A DNA stretch of 63,378 nt, the filler included, from Reclinomonas americana ATCC 50394 (Eukaryota): assembly GCA_048213135.1 (NCBI GenBank). It is 12 parts of 12 records of this genome, joined end to end, with 100 filler letters (N's around TTAATTAATTAA, not from the genome) between each part and the next. Parts side by side here need not be neighbours in the genome. Positions count along the whole stretch, not along the records: positions 27,842 to 55,832 come from AFZH01021523.1; 11 more parts are not named here. The stretch is one strand, 5' to 3'. Of the stretch, positions 43,130-52,594 are shown piece after piece. Positions within the stretch are counted from its first letter, which is position 1. Each line of letters begins with the position of its first letter. A model generated the notes under the pieces. It was given only the letters and a program-made list of their open reading frames with translations, did no database searches and was not told where the DNA came from. Both the position numbers and the translations under genes were made by a program.

Positions 43130-44269
43130 ATGGCCGAGAACAACAATGACATCCGCCCGGGTGCCAGCGGCAACCTCATTCTGCGCTCCGTCTCGAAGAG
43201 CTATGGCAACGTTCCGGCGCTGCGCGGGATCTCGCTCGAAATCAAGCAGGGCGAGTTCATCGCCCTGCTGGGTCCCAGCGGCTGCGGAAAGACGACGCTC
43301 CTGGGTTCGATCGCGGGATTTACCGATATCGACAGCGGTGAAATCGAGATCGATGGTCGGCGGCTGTCCCGTGCCACGCCGCCCTTCGAGCGCAATCTCG
43401 GCGTCGTGTTTCAGCAATACGCGCTGTTCCCGCACATGTCCGTCAGGCAGAATATCGCTTTCCCCCTGGAAATCCGAAGGCTCTCCTCCGCCACCATCCG
43501 CGAGATGGTCGACAAGGCGTTGGCCATGGTCGATCTGGGGCCATATGAGTCCCGCTTCCCGCGTGAGTTGTCAGGCGGGCAGCAGCAGCGCGTCGCCTTG
43601 GCCCGGGCGCTGGTTTACTCACCGCCGGTTCTGCTTCTCGACGAGCCGCTGGGGGCGCTTGACCGGCGCCTGCGTGACGCCATGCAGGCCGAGCTCAAGG
43701 ATCTCCATCGGCGGCTCGGAACCACGTTTGTCTATGTGACCCATGACCAGGACGAAGCCCTGGCCATGGCCGATCGCGTCGTCATCATGCGCGGCGGCCT
43801 CATCGAACAGGTCGGGACGCCGTTCGAGCTCTATGAGCGGCCGAAGACGGAGTTCGTCGCCAAGTTCGTCGGCGAGTGCAATGTGTTCGACGCCTCCGTC
43901 TCTACTCATGCCGGCTCCGGCGCGCTTCGCGATCAGAAATCCGGCGCGCTATTGCATGTCGGCCCGCACGCGCAGGCTGGCGGCAAGGTTGCTATTCGTC
44001 CGGAATGGATTCAGGTCGCTTCCGTCGGGGCGACAAGCGCGGACGGTGCCGCTGTGCACGCCAGGCTCGTGCAGGATCAATTCCACGGGAGCGACACCCT
44101 TCTGACCTTCGAAAGCGCGTTGGGATCGATACAGGCCAGGATTTCTCATGCTGCGCGCAGGAGTCTGGATCTCGAAGCGAAGGAGTTCGCCTTGTCCTGG
44201 GATCCGCATGCCACGGTTATCGTCGAGCCTGCGCCACATGAGGGTGGGAATCTCGCAAAAGCAGCTTGA
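43130..44269 (+). CDS. ABC transporter ATP-binding protein (PotA-like)
   Basis: [29 protein letters not shown]. Confidence 0.95.
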   Translation: MAENNNDIRPGASGNLILRSVSKSYGNVPALRGISLEIKQGEFIALLGPSGCGKTTLLGSIAGFTDIDSGEIEIDGRRLSRATPPFERNLGVVFQQYALFPHMSVRQNIAFPLEIRRLSSATIREMVDKALAMVDLGPYESRFPRELSGGQQQRVALARALVYSPPVLLLDEPLGALDRRLRDAMQAELKDLHRRLGTTFVYVTHDQDEALAMADRVVIMRGGLIEQVGTPFELYERPKTEFVAKFVGECNVFDASVSTHAGSGALRDQKSGALLHVGPHAQAGGKVAIRPEWIQVASVGATSADGAAVHARLVQDQFHGSDTLLTFESALGSIQARISHAARRSLDLEAKEFALSWDPHATVIVEPAPHEGGNLAKAA

Positions 44270-44284
44270 TTGCAACGTATTACT

Positions 44285-44315
44285 TTGTTATAGATACGTA
44301 ACAATACAAGATAAT
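44285..44315 (+). promoter_or_regulatory. Putative promoter and direct-repeat operator GATACGT-N3-AATACAA
   Basis: Repeats at 44293 and 44303 in the short AT-rich gap before GGT-like gene 1. Confidence 0.55.
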
Positions 44316-44330
44316 CGGGAAGTAGGCTTC

Positions 44331-46022
44331 ATGGCCAATGTTTCTGAGTGGACCCACGCCAAAAGCGAGGCTGTGGCCAGGCGGGGGATGGTCGTTGCGA
44401 GGCATCCATTGTCTGCGCTGGCCGGGCAGGAGATTCTCGCCAAGGGAGGGAATGCGGTCGATGCCGCGGTGGCCGCCTCGCTCGTCGGCAGCGTGGTTCA
44501 GCCGGTCGCGAACGCGATTGGCGGCGGCGGGCTCATGCTGATCGCCCGGAAGGGCGATGTTTCCGCCATCAACTACCTCTATCAGGCGCCGGCCGGCGCT
44601 TCGCCCGGCATGTTCGAACTAGAAGCCGGGGCAGCCCCCGGCTTGTTCGGGTGGAGCGGCATCAAGGGAAGGGCCAACGAGATCGGCGGGTCCGCGGTGG
44701 GCGTTCCCGGCTCCATAGCCGGCCTGCATCATGCGGTGTCGCGGTACGGCCGGCTGTCCTGGGCTGAGGTTGTCGCGCCCGCCATCGCGGCTGCGGAGCA
44801 GGGCTTTCAGATCGATTGGTACAACTCCTTGATGGCGTCGGTGCTGGCCGACGAAATGCTCGCTTTCCCCGCTACGGCGCGCGCCTTCCTGCGAAACGGC
44901 CGCGATGCCTATCGTCCCGCGGTCATCGGCCCTGCCGATGTGCATCGCCAGCCCGAGTTAGCCGGGGTGCTCAGGAAGATCGCCACGGACGGCCCCTCGG
45001 CATTTTACCAGGGCGACGTTGCAAGGAATATCGCCGCTTCCGTCAAGGCTGCGGGTGGCACGCTGAGCGAGAGGGATCTCGCTGAATACAAGGTGCGCAC
45101 ACCTGCGGCTGCCCGATTGGAATACCGCGGCGCGTCCATCAGCTACCTGCCGTATGGCGCCCCGACATTCGCGCTCGCATTGGGGATATTGGCCGCCTTC
45201 GATATGCCGCGCTTCGCGTCGGACGATCCGCAGCGGCTTCATCTGGTGATCGAGGCATTGAAGCTGGCTTGGGCATATCGGGATAGGTTCAACGGCGACA
45301 GCGATGTTGTTCCGGGTCCGTGGCGCGGCCTCGCTGATGTTGGGTTTGCCGCCGAGCTCGCCCGCTCGATCGATCCCCGGCGCGCCAAGGCGCCCGATAC
45401 CAGTCTCGACCCTTACGACTTCGACGATGCCGCCAGGGGCGTTGAGGGGGCGGGCCGCGCGCGCTCTGAAGGTACCGTCCACATATCGGCAGCCGACGAC
45501 AGCGGTGGGATGGTCGCGTTGACCGAAACCGTGGTTGGAAATTTTGGCTCCCTCGTAACCTCCGACGACGGCGTGCTCCTCAACAACGGAATGATCGCGT
45601 TCAGCCCGATACCGGGCCAGACAAACTCGATCGCGCCGGGTAAGCGGCCCGCGACGAACATGTGCCCGATCATCGTCCATGATGCCTCCGGGCGGGCCGT
45701 GGCGACGCTTGGCGCCTCCGGCGGCCGGAAGATCATCCCCGCTGTCTTGCAGGCTTTGCTGCATCATCTCGACCACGGACTATCGATGCAGGATTCAATC
45801 GCGCATCCTCGTCTCGACCTTGAGGGCGACGCGGTTGTTCTCGATGCTCGATATGGCGCTTCGGTGGCCGAGGCCCTGGAGCGGCTTGGGCACCGGGTCG
45901 AGCGGCGCAGCGAAGATCTCACGACATTCGAGTTCGGCAACGCCTGCGGCATCGCGCGCCGGGATGATGAGCTGCGCTCGGGCGTGAACCCCTTCCAGAT
46001 GACCATGGCGGCTGGACTTTGA
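44331..46022 (+). CDS. Gamma-glutamyltransferase-family Ntn hydrolase 1 (no signal peptide)
   Basis: GGNAVDAAVA, VGVPG, autoprocessing site EG|TVHIS, GVLLNNGM, PGKRP, GASGG. Confidence 0.9.
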   Translation: MANVSEWTHAKSEAVARRGMVVARHPLSALAGQEILAKGGNAVDAAVAASLVGSVVQPVANAIGGGGLMLIARKGDVSAINYLYQAPAGASPGMFELEAGAAPGLFGWSGIKGRANEIGGSAVGVPGSIAGLHHAVSRYGRLSWAEVVAPAIAAAEQGFQIDWYNSLMASVLADEMLAFPATARAFLRNGRDAYRPAVIGPADVHRQPELAGVLRKIATDGPSAFYQGDVARNIAASVKAAGGTLSERDLAEYKVRTPAAARLEYRGASISYLPYGAPTFALALGILAAFDMPRFASDDPQRLHLVIEALKLAWAYRDRFNGDSDVVPGPWRGLADVGFAAELARSIDPRRAKAPDTSLDPYDFDDAARGVEGAGRARSEGTVHISAADDSGGMVALTETVVGNFGSLVTSDDGVLLNNGMIAFSPIPGQTNSIAPGKRPATNMCPIIVHDASGRAVATLGASGGRKIIPAVLQALLHHLDHGLSMQDSIAHPRLDLEGDAVVLDARYGASVAEALERLGHRVERRSEDLTTFEFGNACGIARRDDELRSGVNPFQMTMAAGL

Positions 46023-46056
46023 CGCTATTCGCTCAGGCGAAGACGGAGTAGGAATA

Positions 46057-46521
46057 ATGGATCTCAAGTTCAGCCATGTCGACATTGTCGTCGAGGACCT
46101 CGACAAGGCGGTCGAATATTACAAGCGTGTCTTCAAATGTGTCGCTTCCGAGAAGATCGAGTGGAACCGAGGCGGTTTCCATGTCGACTTCGTGATCATG
46201 TTCAGCGGCACGGAGCGCTTCTTTCTGGTCAAGCCGTACAAGGGCAACTTGAGGGATTTGCTCGATACCAAGGGCGAGGGAACGATCTATCGCCTCTGCT
46301 ATACGGTTCCGGACATGGCCAATGCTTACGACGAGCTTCTCGCCGCCGGAGTTCAGCCCGAGGACGAGAACGGCGCGCCGCTTGCCAAGGACAACCTCGC
46401 ATCGCCAGGAGGAACTCCGATCGTATGGCTTCCAAAGGCGTTCGGCGGGTTGTCCATCGAACTCCTCGAACGCGGCCCTCATGAGGCCAAGATGGAATCG
46501 CGGCGCAAGTCTGCCACCTAA
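46057..46521 (+). CDS. VOC/glyoxalase family protein (methylmalonyl-CoA epimerase-like fold)
   Basis: FSHVDIVVEDLDKAVEYY, KGEG, GLSIELLE. Confidence 0.8.
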   Translation: MDLKFSHVDIVVEDLDKAVEYYKRVFKCVASEKIEWNRGGFHVDFVIMFSGTERFFLVKPYKGNLRDLLDTKGEGTIYRLCYTVPDMANAYDELLAAGVQPEDENGAPLAKDNLASPGGTPIVWLPKAFGGLSIELLERGPHEAKMESRRKSAT

Positions 46522-46715
46522 GTATGAAGTTATCGCGGCAGGCCATAATTAAGGTTTTGAGCCTGCTTCGCCACATTATGCGGATGCCGGAAGACAGCAC
46601 GCGGCGCAGGGCGATCTATATCCACCAAAGATATTGGTGAATGAACGAAACTCTGATCTCTCGGATCCCGCTCGGTCAACAAAAAAATACTTCGCTATTA
46701 CATTTGGAGATTCAG

Positions 46716-48386
46716 ATGCCTCTAGACACGACCGTGTCGAATTGGACGCACGATAAGACTGAGGCTCGAGCCTCTGGCGGAATGGTTTCGTCGCGGCACC
46801 CGGAATCGGCCAAGGCCGGGCGCGCGATCTTGCAGCAGGGCGGAAATGCGGTCGATGCCGCCGTCGCCGCGTCCTTTGCGGAAAGCGTCGTCCAGCCTGC
46901 GGCGAGCACAATTGGCGGTGGCGGCATTTTTACCTTCCGGGGTGTAGATGGCGACGCCCACGGCATCAACTACATGTGGCAGACTCCGCTGTCGGCGAAG
47001 CCGGACATGTTCCCCATCGAGGGGAAACCTGAGCGCGGGCTCTTCGGCTGGTCGGGTGTTAAGAATGCTGCCAACGAGATTGGGGCTCTGGCTGTGGCCG
47101 TCCCTGGATCCGTCGCAGGTCTCGTCGAGGCTTCCAAGCGCTTCGGCAGACTGCCGCTGAAGAAGGTTTTGGAGCCTGCTATCGCCCTGGCGGCAGACGG
47201 ATATGAGATGGATTGGTACGGCAGCCTTATGGCCGGCATCCATCTTGATATCATCAAGGAATACCCTGTCACCGCGCGGATGCTCCTCCGGGACGGGCAG
47301 TATCCCTATCGCCCGAACATGATCGGCCGTGCGGATCGCCACAAGCAGCCCGCTCTGGCTGAAACGCTTAGTGCCATCGCGGATCGCGGCGCCGAGGCTT
47401 TCTATACCGGGAAGGTGGCGGAGAGCATCGTTGCGGCGGTTCAGGAGAAGGGCGGTATTGTCTCCCTCGAAGACCTCGCGACTTACAAGCCGTTCGTCTC
47501 GAAGCAGCGTTCCGTGACCTATCGCGGACATAAGATCTCGGGCGAGTACAGCGGCTTCGTGATCTATGGCCAAGTTTTCAACACGCTGTCGCATTTCGAG
47601 GTCGGCGCCCACGCCCCCGACTCGCCCGAGCGCCTTCGCATCCTGATCGATGTCCTGCGGCGCTGCTGGGCGGACAAGGGCAAGGTCTATCAGGATTTCG
47701 ACACCGACAAGGGACCCTGGGATGTTCTGCTGTCGTCGGCCTATGCCTGCCAGACGGCGCAGGAGCTGGCTGACAGCCGGCCGAAATCGACGTTCAAGGT
47801 GAGCTCAGCCGGTGAAAGCCGCACCGTTCACATTTCGGCCATTGACGCCGAAGGCGGAATGGCGAGCCTGACTGAGACGGTGATCGGCAACTATGGCAGC
47901 TTCATCTGCTCCGAAACCGGCGTGCTGCTGAACAACGGCATGATCAGCTTTGCCCCGATTCCGGGCGAGGTGACCTCGATCCGCCCCGGTCGGCGCTCCG
48001 CTTCGTCCTTCATCAGCCCGCTTCACATCACCCGCCCCGACGGGAAGTCGATCGTGACGATCGGTTCCTCCGGCGGATCGAAGATCGTCACCTCCAAGCT
48101 GCAGATCGCAAGCTTGATCATGGATCACGGCATGTCCCCGCAGCAGGCCGTATCCTTCCCAAGGTTCGATTTCGAGGGCGACAAGCTGATCCTCGATCCG
48201 CGCTTCCCACAAGCCACGATCGACCGTCTCAAGAGCCTCGCCTACGACATCGATCTGCGCTTGGAAGAGCTCTCGACCTTCGAATACGGCAACCCCGCCG
48301 TTCTCGCCCGCGATGCCGACGGCGTGATCACGGGCGGCGTCAACCCGTTCCAGGCGACGACTGCCGTCGGTTTCAACGCCGCGTAA
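46716..48386 (+). CDS. Gamma-glutamyltransferase-family Ntn hydrolase 2 (no signal peptide)
   Basis: GGNAVDAAVA, VAVPG, SR|TVHIS, GVLLNNGM, GSSGG; paralog of 44331-46022. Confidence 0.9.
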   Translation: MPLDTTVSNWTHDKTEARASGGMVSSRHPESAKAGRAILQQGGNAVDAAVAASFAESVVQPAASTIGGGGIFTFRGVDGDAHGINYMWQTPLSAKPDMFPIEGKPERGLFGWSGVKNAANEIGALAVAVPGSVAGLVEASKRFGRLPLKKVLEPAIALAADGYEMDWYGSLMAGIHLDIIKEYPVTARMLLRDGQYPYRPNMIGRADRHKQPALAETLSAIADRGAEAFYTGKVAESIVAAVQEKGGIVSLEDLATYKPFVSKQRSVTYRGHKISGEYSGFVIYGQVFNTLSHFEVGAHAPDSPERLRILIDVLRRCWADKGKVYQDFDTDKGPWDVLLSSAYACQTAQELADSRPKSTFKVSSAGESRTVHISAIDAEGGMASLTETVIGNYGSFICSETGVLLNNGMISFAPIPGEVTSIRPGRRSASSFISPLHITRPDGKSIVTIGSSGGSKIVTSKLQIASLIMDHGMSPQQAVSFPRFDFEGDKLILDPRFPQATIDRLKSLAYDIDLRLEELSTFEYGNPAVLARDADGVITGGVNPFQATTAVGFNAA

Positions 48387-48403
48387 GAAACAGGTTCAAA
48401 GTC

Positions 48404-49699
48404 ATGGACAATTTCACTCCGAGAAGCGAGGCGCAGAAGGCAAAGGTCCGCAAGGCCTATGACCTGATCCCGGGCGCCTCAACCAATTCCCTGCTCCAGC
48501 CCGACGGAATCGAGTTTCTGATCGAGCGCGGCGAGGGGGCTCACGTCTTCGACACGGACGGGCGGCGCTATCTGGACTTCATGTTGGGAGCGGGTCCGCT
48601 CGTGCTGGGGCATTCGCATCCGCGCATCGTCGAGACGATCAAGCGCCAGGCCGAGCGCGGGACCCAGTTTTTCGGGCTGGCGGATCGCGCAGTCGATCTC
48701 GCCGAACGGCTGGTTCAGCACATCCCCTCCGCAGAGATGGTCCGATATGCATCGAGCGGATCAGAGGCGACGTTCCATGCCCTCAGACTGGCGCGCGCGA
48801 CGACCGGACGACAGAAATTCATCAAGTTCGATGGTGCCTGGCATGGCCATCATGACTTGGCGGTCTGGTCGATGGAGATGTCGCCGACACAGGTGCCGGA
48901 GCCCTATGCCGTCAGCTCGGGTATCCAGACCGGCGTTAAGGACAGCCTGATGGTGCTGCCCTTCAACGATGCCGCTTACTTCAAGAAGATCATGGCGGAG
49001 CATCCGGGCGAGTTCGCGGCCGTCATCTGCGAACCGATGCAGCGCACTTTGAAGCCGCTGCCCGGCTTTCTCGAGACCCTAAGGCAGGAATGCGATCGCT
49101 GGGGCACGGTCTTGATCTTCGACGAGATCGTTTCGGGGTTCCGTCTTTCCGCGGGTGGCGCACAGGCCAAGTATGGCGTCACGCCCGATCTGACCACGCT
49201 GGGCAAGGCGCTGGGAGGAGGGCTGCCCCTCTCCGCCGTCGTCGGCCGGCGGGCGTTTATGGAGCATCTCGACCCGCGCAGTGACAGCCACAACTACAGC
49301 TTCCATTGCGGCACCTTCAACGGCCATCCGATCGGCATCGAATGTGCGCATACCACCATCGACATTCTCGTCGATGAGAAGGGCTTGGACTACATCGCGG
49401 ATCTCGGGGAATACGGCCGGCAGGCTCTAGCCAAGCTTTTCCGCGATCTTGGCGCCAAGGTGCAGATCACCGGCGACGGGCCCATCTTCCACTTCTACTT
49501 CTCGGAAGAACCGATCCACGACCATGCCGCGGTGCGCCGGTCAAACGTCCCGCTCTCCGACGCCATGCACAAAGAGATTTATGCGAAGGGCATCTACAAA
49601 AACTTTTCAAAGGCCTATGTCAGCACCGCACACACTAGGGACCATATCGACGAGCTCTGCGACGCGCTCCGGCGCGCCTACGTGGCGGTAAAGTCATGA
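48404..49699 (+). CDS. Class III PLP aminotransferase (glutamate-1-semialdehyde aminomutase-like)
   Basis: SSGSEAT, FDEIVSGFR, TLGKALGGGLP, HCGTFNGHP. Confidence 0.9.
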   Translation: MDNFTPRSEAQKAKVRKAYDLIPGASTNSLLQPDGIEFLIERGEGAHVFDTDGRRYLDFMLGAGPLVLGHSHPRIVETIKRQAERGTQFFGLADRAVDLAERLVQHIPSAEMVRYASSGSEATFHALRLARATTGRQKFIKFDGAWHGHHDLAVWSMEMSPTQVPEPYAVSSGIQTGVKDSLMVLPFNDAAYFKKIMAEHPGEFAAVICEPMQRTLKPLPGFLETLRQECDRWGTVLIFDEIVSGFRLSAGGAQAKYGVTPDLTTLGKALGGGLPLSAVVGRRAFMEHLDPRSDSHNYSFHCGTFNGHPIGIECAHTTIDILVDEKGLDYIADLGEYGRQALAKLFRDLGAKVQITGDGPIFHFYFSEEPIHDHAAVRRSNVPLSDAMHKEIYAKGIYKNFSKAYVSTAHTRDHIDELCDALRRAYVAVKS

Positions 49700-50886
49700 G
49701 CAGTCCCGCAGTGGTTTCGATCGCGCGGCGCTCCAGTCCCGACTTACTCTGGCCGCTGCCTCCGACGCGCGTCCTCAACATGTCGACGGGGCCGATCGAG
49801 GTCACGCGAAATGTTCTGGAAGCGCAGAACGCAAGCATCCTGACGCCTCATATCGAGTCGTTCTGGAGCGCTCATGACGAAACGATCGATCTGCTTGCGA
49901 AGGTGCTTCGCACCAGGAGCAAGATCTTCCTGATGCACGGCTCGATCCGATCGGGTATCGACGTTGCCCTCGCCAACTTCATTGAGCCGGGTACAAAGGT
50001 GCTCAGCATTATCAACGGCTATTGGGGTGAGTTGATCGCTCAATGGGCCGAGCGCCGGGGCGCTCTGGTGACGCGGCTCGTGCATGGTGTCCTCGACCCC
50101 ATCGACCTTCAAAGGGTCGAGGAGGCGCTTCGTTCAGGCCCCTATGACCTGACGACGCTCGTCCATGTCGAAACCAATTCCGGGCTCGTAAATCCGGTCC
50201 GGGAGATCGGGGAGCTTGTCGCGCGCGCCGGCGGCCTGTTCTTCGTCGATACCGCCTGTTCGGCCGGGGCTATCGAACTGGAAACCGACGACTGGAAAAT
50301 CGACATCCAGACAACCGGCTCTCACAAGTGCCTTGCCTCTGTTCCGGGCTTGGCCGTCGTCTCGGTTTCCGACAAAGCCTGGCGGCAGCGTTCGGCCATT
50401 GCGGGAAAGCAGGGATATTTCGATTTCTCGGAACTATGGAAGCACTCCATCGAGAGAGTCCACACCCCGCCATTCACTCAGCCCACCACTCTCGTTCTGG
50501 CCTTGCGCGCGGCACTTCGCGAGATATTCCAATTTGGAATGGAAAAGTGGTGGGCGGTTCACCGTCAGCTGGCGACACGCTTCATGGATGACCTTCGGGC
50601 CGGCGGCTTTTCGATGCTCATCGATGAAAGCACGGTGGCCGGTCGCCGCGATTGCTACTCCGACACTGTGATTGCGGTGCGTTATCCGCCTAGTGTCAGC
50701 GATCAGTCGTTCCGGAAAATTCTTCTCGAAGAGTTCGGGATCTTCGTTATCGGCAATGTCGGTGAGTTCGCGGGACGTTCCTTCCGCGTCGGGCTGATGG
50801 GGCCGGCGCAGATGGACGCCATCAACATGACCGGGACGGTCGCAGCGCTTCAGCGCACCGCAGCAGCTGCCGCAGCTCGCCAATAA
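49696..50886 (+). CDS. Class V PLP aminotransferase (alanine-glyoxylate/serine-pyruvate/PucG-like)
   Basis: VHVETNSG, VDTACS, TGSHKCL (PLP Lys), FRVGLMG; ATGA overlap with the upstream gene. Confidence 0.88.
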   Translation: MSSPAVVSIARRSSPDLLWPLPPTRVLNMSTGPIEVTRNVLEAQNASILTPHIESFWSAHDETIDLLAKVLRTRSKIFLMHGSIRSGIDVALANFIEPGTKVLSIINGYWGELIAQWAERRGALVTRLVHGVLDPIDLQRVEEALRSGPYDLTTLVHVETNSGLVNPVREIGELVARAGGLFFVDTACSAGAIELETDDWKIDIQTTGSHKCLASVPGLAVVSVSDKAWRQRSAIAGKQGYFDFSELWKHSIERVHTPPFTQPTTLVLALRAALREIFQFGMEKWWAVHRQLATRFMDDLRAGGFSMLIDESTVAGRRDCYSDTVIAVRYPPSVSDQSFRKILLEEFGIFVIGNVGEFAGRSFRVGLMGPAQMDAINMTGTVAALQRTAAAAAARQ

Positions 50887-50912
50887 TAATGCGGTAGGCC
50901 GGCTGTGCCGGC

Positions 50913-52415
50913 CTACACGATCACCGGGAAGCGTGAGGACGAGCGCTTGGAAAGATCGGCCGCCGCGCGGCAGACTTGGCGGACTGCTTTACCCAGCGCG
51001 TCTCTGTCGGAAAGGCCGTAGCTCAGCCGGAAGCCTGTGTTGTCGGCCTTTTCCGGCGTGAGATGAACGCCTGTCAGAATGCCGACATTCCGGCGCAGGC
51101 AGGCGTAGAAGAAGTCGACAGGATCTATGGCGGCCGGAAGCTTGACCCACAGGTTCAGCCCGCCATGCGGCCGCGTGAAGGTCGAGCCGGCCGGCAGATT
51201 TTCAGCAAGTCCCTGAATGACCGTATCCAGCACCGGCTTGTAAGCTTTCCTGATGCGGGACAGATTCGCTTCGGCTTCAGCTGAATCGAGATAGGCCGCA
51301 AAAGCATCCTGCAGAAGAGGCGCGGTGTGAAGGTCTGAAACAGATTTCCAGGCCGTGACCTGCTCCATACGTGCAGGAGGCGCCAATACAAAACCCAACC
51401 TCATCCCGGGGATAAGCGTTTTCCCCATGCTGACGATGTAATAGACAAGGTCTTCAGGCTCCGACAGCGACTTGATCGACGGTATGAAATCACCTTCGAA
51501 CCGGAGTTCAGAAAAGCAGTCGTCCTCGATAATAGGAATGCCGTGGCGCCGGCCGATGCCTAGGATCGCCCGTCTCTTTTCCAACGAGGTCGTGATACCC
51601 GTCGGGTTCTGATAAGTCGGCATCGTGAAGATCGCTTTGGCATTGGACGATCTCACGACTTCGGACAATTGCTCGATCGCCATGCCGTCCTGTTGCATGT
51701 CGATGCCGATCGCGTTCGCCCCCATATTGCGGAGCAGATCGAGTAAGCCGAAATAGGTGGGATTCTCGACGATGACGGTATCCCCGCGGCTGACCAGGGA
51801 CTGGATCGTGATGGAAATTCCCTGCTGGCCGCCGCTGGTGACGATCATGTCGTCGACGTCGCAGTGTAGTTGGCGATGTCTTTCGAGGAAGCGCGCGAAG
51901 GCCGCCTTCAGGTTTGGGAGCCCGTCGGGAGCGATGTACGAATAGGCGTATTCCGGCTTGGCCTTCAAGATCTGGCCGATTTTCTGTTCGAACGCGCCGG
52001 TATCGATCAGGCTCGCGTCAGGATAGGCCCGGGTCAGAGGAACGATATCGGGCAGGTCACCTACCTTGAGCATCCGCCGAAACGTGTCTCCGTCCTCGTT
52101 CGGCAATGTGTCTCGAGGTGAAGGGGCAGCGGGGGCGGGAGCTGGGGGCTCTTCAGCGGGGCCTTGCACAAAAGTCCCCAGTGCACCCCGTCCAGCAATC
52201 AGGCCACGGTCTGACAATTCCCGATAGGCGCGCGCAATCGTCATGACATTGACATTCGCGGCCTCGGCCAGGGCGCGGACCGGCGGCAACCGCTCTCCCT
52301 CACTGAGGCGGCCTTCGATAATCTCTGTCGCAATGAAATCCCGGACTTGAGCATAGAGAGCGACATCCGCAGCCTTGTCTAACTGGAGAATGCCCGCAAG
52401 CCTTTGAATTTCCAT
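50913..52415 (-). CDS. MocR/GabR-family PLP-dependent transcriptional regulator
   Basis: GntR wHTH (GERLPPVRALA..MTIARAY) fused to a class I aminotransferase-like domain (PTYQNPTG, IIEDD, SMGKTLIPGMRLG). Confidence 0.93.
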   Translation of the reverse strand: MEIQRLAGILQLDKAADVALYAQVRDFIATEIIEGRLSEGERLPPVRALAEAANVNVMTIARAYRELSDRGLIAGRGALGTFVQGPAEEPPAPAPAAPSPRDTLPNEDGDTFRRMLKVGDLPDIVPLTRAYPDASLIDTGAFEQKIGQILKAKPEYAYSYIAPDGLPNLKAAFARFLERHRQLHCDVDDMIVTSGGQQGISITIQSLVSRGDTVIVENPTYFGLLDLLRNMGANAIGIDMQQDGMAIEQLSEVVRSSNAKAIFTMPTYQNPTGITTSLEKRRAILGIGRRHGIPIIEDDCFSELRFEGDFIPSIKSLSEPEDLVYYIVSMGKTLIPGMRLGFVLAPPARMEQVTAWKSVSDLHTAPLLQDAFAAYLDSAEAEANLSRIRKAYKPVLDTVIQGLAENLPAGSTFTRPHGGLNLWVKLPAAIDPVDFFYACLRRNVGILTGVHLTPEKADNTGFRLSYGLSDRDALGKAVRQVCRAAADLSKRSSSRFPVIV

Positions 52416-52446
52416 CTTTTCTCAGTGCCTATTCGAAGGTCGTGAT

Positions 52447-52471
52447 ATGTATATCATACAAGGTCGTACAA
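52447..52471. promoter_or_regulatory. Putative autoregulatory operator of the MocR gene (CATACAA-N3-CGTACAA plus an inverted copy)
   Basis: Repeats at 52455 and 52465, inverted ATGTATA at 52447, about 30-55 nt upstream of the regulator start. Confidence 0.5.
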
Positions 52472-52594
52472 CAACGTAAATTTTGCCGTGCTGTCGGGTT
52501 TTGGAAAGAGATGGCGTCGAGGTCGCGGTCGCACTCGTAATAGCAGTGCTGCTGCGGACGGAGGATTGCGCCACAACATTGCGGGAGTGGAATT

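Noticed and set aside
48404..49699. Calling this gene hemL (tetrapyrrole synthesis)
   Set aside because: It has the GSA-aminomutase-like fold but lacks the typical PGGVNSPVR motif and lies in a catabolic operon.
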